A DNA stretch of 62,128 nt, counting the filler, from an uncultured Planctomycetales bacterium (GTDB lineage: Bacteria > Omnitrophota > Gorgyraeia > Gygaellales > Profunditerraquicolaceae), in assembly GCA_964487475.1 (NCBI GenBank). It is 5 parts of 4 records of this genome, joined end to end, with 100 filler letters (N's around TTAATTAATTAA, not from the genome) between each part and the next. Parts side by side here need not be neighbours in the genome. Positions count along the whole stretch, not along the records: positions 37,324 to 59,024 come from CAZAPM010000006.1; positions 59,125 to 62,128 come from CAZAPM010000010.1; 3 more parts are not named here. The stretch is one strand, 5' to 3'. The notes beneath the pieces were generated by a model, which made no database searches, was not told where the DNA came from, and saw nothing but the letters and a program-made list of their open reading frames with translations. Made by a program: the position numbers and the translations under genes. Shown here one piece after another: positions 58,510-62,128 of this stretch (the first letter of the stretch is position 1; every line of letters starts with the position of its first letter).

Positions 58510-58738
58510 AAAAAAAGCCGATAAAGGACGGAGCCACCGGCGACACGACGCCGCACGCTCCTCCCGGCAACCCAGCCGCCATATTGCCCTATAAACCGGC
58601 TACCCCCAAACAACCCGCACGAGGAAGCCAACACCAGTGGCAACACAGGCCTGTGGTTTTGCGCCCCCGCCTTTCGGCGTCCGCGGGTATAGACGCGGAT
58701 CCGGGGCAAAGCGCCCCGAAGGTTTACCTTTATCGGCC
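58510..58738 (-). ncRNA. c-di-GMP-I (GEMM) riboswitch-type RNA with two insertions
   Basis: AAAGGTAAACC...CGCC-GAAA-GGCG-GGGGCGCAAAACCACAGGCCTGTG...TATGGCGGCTGGGTTGCCG, followed by a hairpin and T7. Confidence 0.85.
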
Positions 58739-58745
58739 AAAATTA

Positions 58746-58774
58746 AGTATACCCGACCGGAAGCCGGTTTTCAA
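58746..58774 (-). promoter_or_regulatory. Promoter of the c-di-GMP RNA
   Basis: TTGAAA-N17-TATACT; predicted start at G58738/58737. Confidence 0.75.
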
Positions 58775-58781
58775 GGCCCGG

Positions 58782-59024
58782 TCAGCGTTTTTTCTTCTGG
58801 GTCTCGCTGGCGACCTGTTCGGCCAGGTACGTTCCCAGGATCGCCCAGCTCTGCGGCCCGATCTTTCCGTCCGCTTTCAGGCCGTTCGCCTTCTGGAACT
58901 CCTCGATGGCTTTCTTGGTCATCGGGCCGATCTTCCCGTCAACGGTCCCGGTATAGAAACCGGCGTTCTTCAGTGCGGTCTGGATCTCGGTCCCGGAAGG
59001 CTTATACGGGCCCTGGGGAGGCAG
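58782..59024 (-). CDS. Peptidoglycan-binding domain protein (PG_binding_1), C-terminal part; absent from the ORF track
   Basis: Translates LPPQGPYKPSGTEIQTALKNAGFYTGTVDGKIGPMTKKAIEEFQKANGLKADGKIGPQSWAIL...KKKR*. Confidence 0.9.
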   Translation of the reverse strand: MPPQGPYKPSGTEIQTALKNAGFYTGTVDGKIGPMTKKAIEEFQKANGLKADGKIGPQSWAILGTYLAEQVASETQKKKR

Positions 59025-59124
59025 NNNNNNNNNNNNNNNNNNNNNNNNNNNNNNNNNNNNNNNNNNNNTTAATTAATTAANNNNNNNNNNNNNNNNNNNN
59101 NNNNNNNNNNNNNNNNNNNNNNNN
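59025..59124. other. Artificial contig-join spacer
   Basis: N run containing TTAATTAATTAA. Confidence 0.98.
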
Positions 59125-59127
59125 CGA

Positions 59128-59370
59128 ATGCTCCTGGACGTCGCAGTCTATACCCCTAAGGAGATCCTCTTTGAAGGCAAAGCCAGAAGCGTGCTCTTGC
59201 CGGGGGAAGAGGGGGTGTGCGAGATACTTCCATTCCACAAGCGGTTCATTACACGGCTTCTTTCCGGAATGGTGTTCGTTGACCAGCAGGGTTTTTACAT
59301 CAAGCGCGGCATAGTCAAGGTAAGCCAGAATACCGTGACGATCATCATGGAGGAGGCAAAGGCCGAATGA
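59128..59370 (+). CDS. atpC: F-type ATPase epsilon-like subunit (beta-sandwich only)
   Basis: VYTPKEILFEG...SVLLPGEEGVCEILPFH; no C-terminal helical hairpin. Confidence 0.85.
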   Translation: MLLDVAVYTPKEILFEGKARSVLLPGEEGVCEILPFHKRFITRLLSGMVFVDQQGFYIKRGIVKVSQNTVTIIMEEAKAE

Positions 59371-59585
59371 GCAGGAACCTGGCCATTATCATCGTGTTCT
59401 TCCTCTGCATCCTGGGGCCTTCCGCGGTCTTCGCGATCTCCAGTTTCGCCAGCATCAGTGCCCTCGGCAGGAATCCTTCCAGCGCTCCCAAGATCTTTAC
59501 CGCCATGATCATCTCATTGGTGTTTGCGCAAACCCTGGCGATCATCGCCATGCTGATCGTGTTCCAGCTTTTCACCAGCGGTTGA
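59367..59585 (+). CDS. atpE: F-type ATPase c-like subunit lacking the conserved carboxylate
   Basis: Helical hairpin with a GRNP loop; FAQTLAI where FAE(A/S/T)xAI is expected. Confidence 0.8.
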   Translation: MSRNLAIIIVFFLCILGPSAVFAISSFASISALGRNPSSAPKIFTAMIISLVFAQTLAIIAMLIVFQLFTSG

Positions 59586-59600
59586 AAACTCTTGTGCCCG

Positions 59601-59629
59601 TTGCAATTGCGGCGGATATCTGCTACAAT
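59601..59629 (+). promoter_or_regulatory. Internal promoter upstream of b/delta
   Basis: TTGCAA-N17-TACAAT with TG extension. Confidence 0.65.
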
Positions 59630-59657
59630 AAAAAAAACGAAATAATGAGGTGAACGT

Positions 59658-60368
59658 ATGCTGATCGTGTCACTGGTGATGTTGCTGTTGGTGTTCTTCG
59701 CGGCGATGTTCTTCCTTTTTAAGCGCCTGATGGACCAGAACGTGGTGCAGGCGACGCAGCATCTCGATGAGATGAACCAGGAGTTCGTAGAGAAGGAGAA
59801 AACCCTGGAAAAGGAGATGGAGGAGGCGCGCCTGAAAGCGGAGCAGATGATCACCTCCGCCAAGCAGGACGCGGAAAAACTCAAGTTTGAGATCGTCGCC
59901 CACGCCGAAAAGGAGGCCGAGGGGATAGTGGCTCAGGCCCGGCATCAGGGCGAGGAGATCGTGCAGCAGGCGGATAAATCGCGGTCCCAGCTTTTATCCG
60001 AGATCGACGAACGTATCGCCAAAGGCGCGGTGCTCAAGGCCTGCGAGCTCATCGAAAGCACCCTGCCGGAGGAGTTCAAGAAAGTGGTGCATGTGCACTG
60101 GCTCGACGATCTCATCGATAACGGGTTCGGCCGTCTTTCCGGGATGCATGTGCCCCAGGATACCGGGGAGATCAAGGTGACCAGCGCGTACCCCTTGACC
60201 GATGCGCAGCGCCAGAAGCTCACCCAGCGCCTGTGCGAGGTGCTGGGCAGGCAGGTGGAGGTCAAGGAGGAGCTTAACCCCCATACCATCGCCGGGGTGG
60301 TGATCACCGTCGGTAGTCTGGTACTCGACGGAAGCCTGAAGAACAAGATCCAGGAGAACGCACGTTGA
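59658..60368 (+). CDS. Fused b / delta(OSCP C-terminal)-like stator subunit
   Basis: N-terminal TM; long coiled coil; VTSAYPLTDAQ...IAGVVITVGSLVLDGSLKNKI. Confidence 0.85.
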   Translation: MLIVSLVMLLLVFFAAMFFLFKRLMDQNVVQATQHLDEMNQEFVEKEKTLEKEMEEARLKAEQMITSAKQDAEKLKFEIVAHAEKEAEGIVAQARHQGEEIVQQADKSRSQLLSEIDERIAKGAVLKACELIESTLPEEFKKVVHVHWLDDLIDNGFGRLSGMHVPQDTGEIKVTSAYPLTDAQRQKLTQRLCEVLGRQVEVKEELNPHTIAGVVITVGSLVLDGSLKNKIQENAR

Positions 60369-61840
60369 TGGGATCCTCCGCTCCTTCCGCCACGTTTGAG
60401 GTCCGCGAGGTCGGTGTCGTCCAGGCAGTGCGCAAGTTCATCGTGCTGGCCAAGGGTATGCCTTCGTGTTTCAACGGGCAGGTGGTGGAGTTCGCCAGCG
60501 GAGTGCCCGGCCTGGTCATGGGATTCACCGAAGAGCGGGTGCAGATCCTCGTGCTGGGGGATCCCACGGGGATCCGGGCGGGGGACGAAGTGTACAACAA
60601 GGGCAAGTCCCTGATGCTTCCCGTGGGAGACGGGTTCGTCGGCCGGGTGGTCAGCGGCATGTGCGAGCCGCAGGACGGATTGGGGCCGATCGAGGCGGCG
60701 GCGCAGTATCCGGTCTTTATCGTAGCCCCGGGCGTCATGGACCGCCAGCCGGTCAAAGAGACTCTGGAATCCGGAACCCTCATCATCGATGCGATCATAC
60801 CTCTGGCCAAGGGGCAGCGGCAGCTTCTGATAGGGGACAGGCTTACGGGTAAGTCCTCCGTGGCGCTGGATGCCATCATCAACCAGAGGGGCAAGAATGT
60901 GGTATGCATCTATTGCTGCATCGGCAAACCCTACTCCTCGCTGATGAAGGTCCTGGAGATACTCAAAGAGAAGGACGCGCTGGATTACACCATCATCGTC
61001 AGCGGTATCGCCTCGGTTTCCGTCGGGGAGCAGTACCTGGCGCCTTACACCGCCGCCATGCTGGGCGAATATTTCATGGCCCAGGGCCGGGACGTGCTGA
61101 TGGTGACCGACGATCTGACCAAACATGCCTGGGTCTACCGTCAGATCTCGCTTTTGCTGGAGCGCGCGCCCGGCCGCGAGGCCTACCCCGGGGATATCTT
61201 TTACGTGCACTCCCAGCTGATGGAGCGCGCCGGATACCTGCGGCCGGAACTGGGCGGAGGTTCCATGACCTTTCTGCCTATCGTCGAGATCCTGCAGGGC
61301 GATCTTACCGGCTATATCCCTACCAACCTGGTCTCCATGACCGACGGCCAGCTTTATTTTTCCACCAGCCTTTTCAATAAGGGGTTCAAGCCGGCGATCG
61401 ACTTCGGCCTTTCGGTATCCCGTATCGGCAACAAGGCCCAGTGGCCGGCGATGAAGTCCCTTTCCAAGTCCCTGCGCCTCGATTACCTGCAGTATAAGGA
61501 ACTTCTGCAGATGACGCAGCTGCGCACCACCGGGCTTTCCAAGGAAGCGGAGGCCAGGCTCAAGCGCGGGGAGGCGATCAACCAGCTTATCACGCAGGAT
61601 AAGAACCGGCCGGTGCCCCTGGAAGAACAGATCGTGTACCTTTACGCGCTTTCCAAGGGCGTGCTGGATTCCCTTTCCATCGCCCAGATCAAACAGTTCC
61701 GGCAGGAGATCCTGGCCTTCGTGACGCAGCGTTTCCCGGAGTATGTCGATTCGGTGCGTACGACCAGGGAATTGACCACGGAGCAGAAACAGCGGCTCGA
61801 GGAAACCTTGAAAGAGTACGTTTCCAAGCTCATCGCCTAA
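60368..61840 (+). CDS. atpA: F-type ATPase alpha subunit (divergent)
   Basis: GQRQLLIGDRLTGKS, DDLTKHA, RAPGREAYPGDIFYVHSQLMERA, YIPTNLVSMTDGQ. Confidence 0.95.
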   Translation: MGSSAPSATFEVREVGVVQAVRKFIVLAKGMPSCFNGQVVEFASGVPGLVMGFTEERVQILVLGDPTGIRAGDEVYNKGKSLMLPVGDGFVGRVVSGMCEPQDGLGPIEAAAQYPVFIVAPGVMDRQPVKETLESGTLIIDAIIPLAKGQRQLLIGDRLTGKSSVALDAIINQRGKNVVCIYCCIGKPYSSLMKVLEILKEKDALDYTIIVSGIASVSVGEQYLAPYTAAMLGEYFMAQGRDVLMVTDDLTKHAWVYRQISLLLERAPGREAYPGDIFYVHSQLMERAGYLRPELGGGSMTFLPIVEILQGDLTGYIPTNLVSMTDGQLYFSTSLFNKGFKPAIDFGLSVSRIGNKAQWPAMKSLSKSLRLDYLQYKELLQMTQLRTTGLSKEAEARLKRGEAINQLITQDKNRPVPLEEQIVYLYALSKGVLDSLSIAQIKQFRQEILAFVTQRFPEYVDSVRTTRELTTEQKQRLEETLKEYVSKLIA

Positions 61841-61846
61841 AAAAGG

Positions 61847-62128
61847 ATGAACAGCCTTTCCGGGATCAAGAAGGACCTGGAGTTCAATAAGGGGCTTTCT
61901 TCCCTGATCGAGGTGCTTAAGAACCTGGCGGTGGCCCAGTACCGGACCCTCGAGCATAAGATGAAGACCTTCGAGAAGCTCATTACCAGCATCGAGGGTT
62001 TCTTCGAGTATATCGATCTTTCCTACGTACAGAGCCCTTTTGTGGGGGATGTGAAAAAACCCATGGCGGTGGTGGCGGTGACCTCTGATTCCGGCCTCCT
62101 GGGAGGCCTCAACATGCAGGTGGTCACC
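61847..62128 (+). CDS. atpG: F-type ATPase gamma subunit, 3'-truncated
   Basis: MNSLSGIKKDLEFNKGLSSLIEVLKNLAV...VVAVTSDSGLLGGLN. Confidence 0.88.
   Translation, partial: MNSLSGIKKDLEFNKGLSSLIEVLKNLAVAQYRTLEHKMKTFEKLITSIEGFFEYIDLSYVQSPFVGDVKKPMAVVAVTSDSGLLGGLNMQVVT

Noticed and set aside
58445..58582. 46-aa in-frame N-terminal extension of GH1 from ATG 58582
   Set aside because: It runs through the aptamer 3' strand and two terminators; GH1 homology starts at MRAFPSGFFWG (58444).
59945..61957. 670-aa minus-strand ORF (similarly 30907..32769, 28727..30361, 33037..34650)
   Set aside because: Antisense shadows of well-supported genes.

Overview
This window is not one continuous locus. It is five concatenated contig pieces joined by 100-nt N/TTAATTAATTAA spacers (12374-12473, 17296-17395, 37224-37323, 59025-59124), plus one 100-N gap (4893-4992). 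The DNA is GC-rich and bacterial. Gene content (PEP-CTERM proteins, a GQSTLEY class III pilin, DUF3568-like lipoproteins, Rnf, an atypical second F-type ATPase cluster) suggests a diderm anaerobe, plausibly Omnitrophota; this is inference only. Piece 1: secreted/membrane hypotheticals, Smr, a receiver, and a PEP-CTERM/HAF protein. Piece 2: an ACP/reductase/nitroreductase/CrtI-like/7TM-sensor cluster with an AT-rich block that starts inside one gene and ends inside the next. Piece 3: HEAT-YaiO, a DEAD helicase, carB, a barrel/NTF2/1384-aa secreted operon, AbrB-TolC-MacAB, a FabK/NMO-like gene and DUF748. Piece 4: PilZ proteins, a pilin, tRNA-fMet flanked by structured repeat arrays, ftsB, eno, an FtsH-like protease, purN, rnfCGDEAB, an MFS transporter, tRNA-Thr, csp, tRNA-Phe, an NSS transporter, cNMP-patatin, GH1 and a c-di-GMP-I-type RNA. 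Piece 5: epsilon, c, b/delta, alpha, gamma. The top candidates for novelty are: (1) an expanded c-di-GMP-I aptamer with its own promoter and two terminators that apparently controls no ORF; (2) an ATPase c subunit with Gln in place of the essential Glu and no adjacent subunit a; (3) a pherotype-like AT-rich enzyme/sensor cassette; (4) covarying GA/GA hairpin arrays around tRNA-fMet; (5) the giant secreted protein operon.
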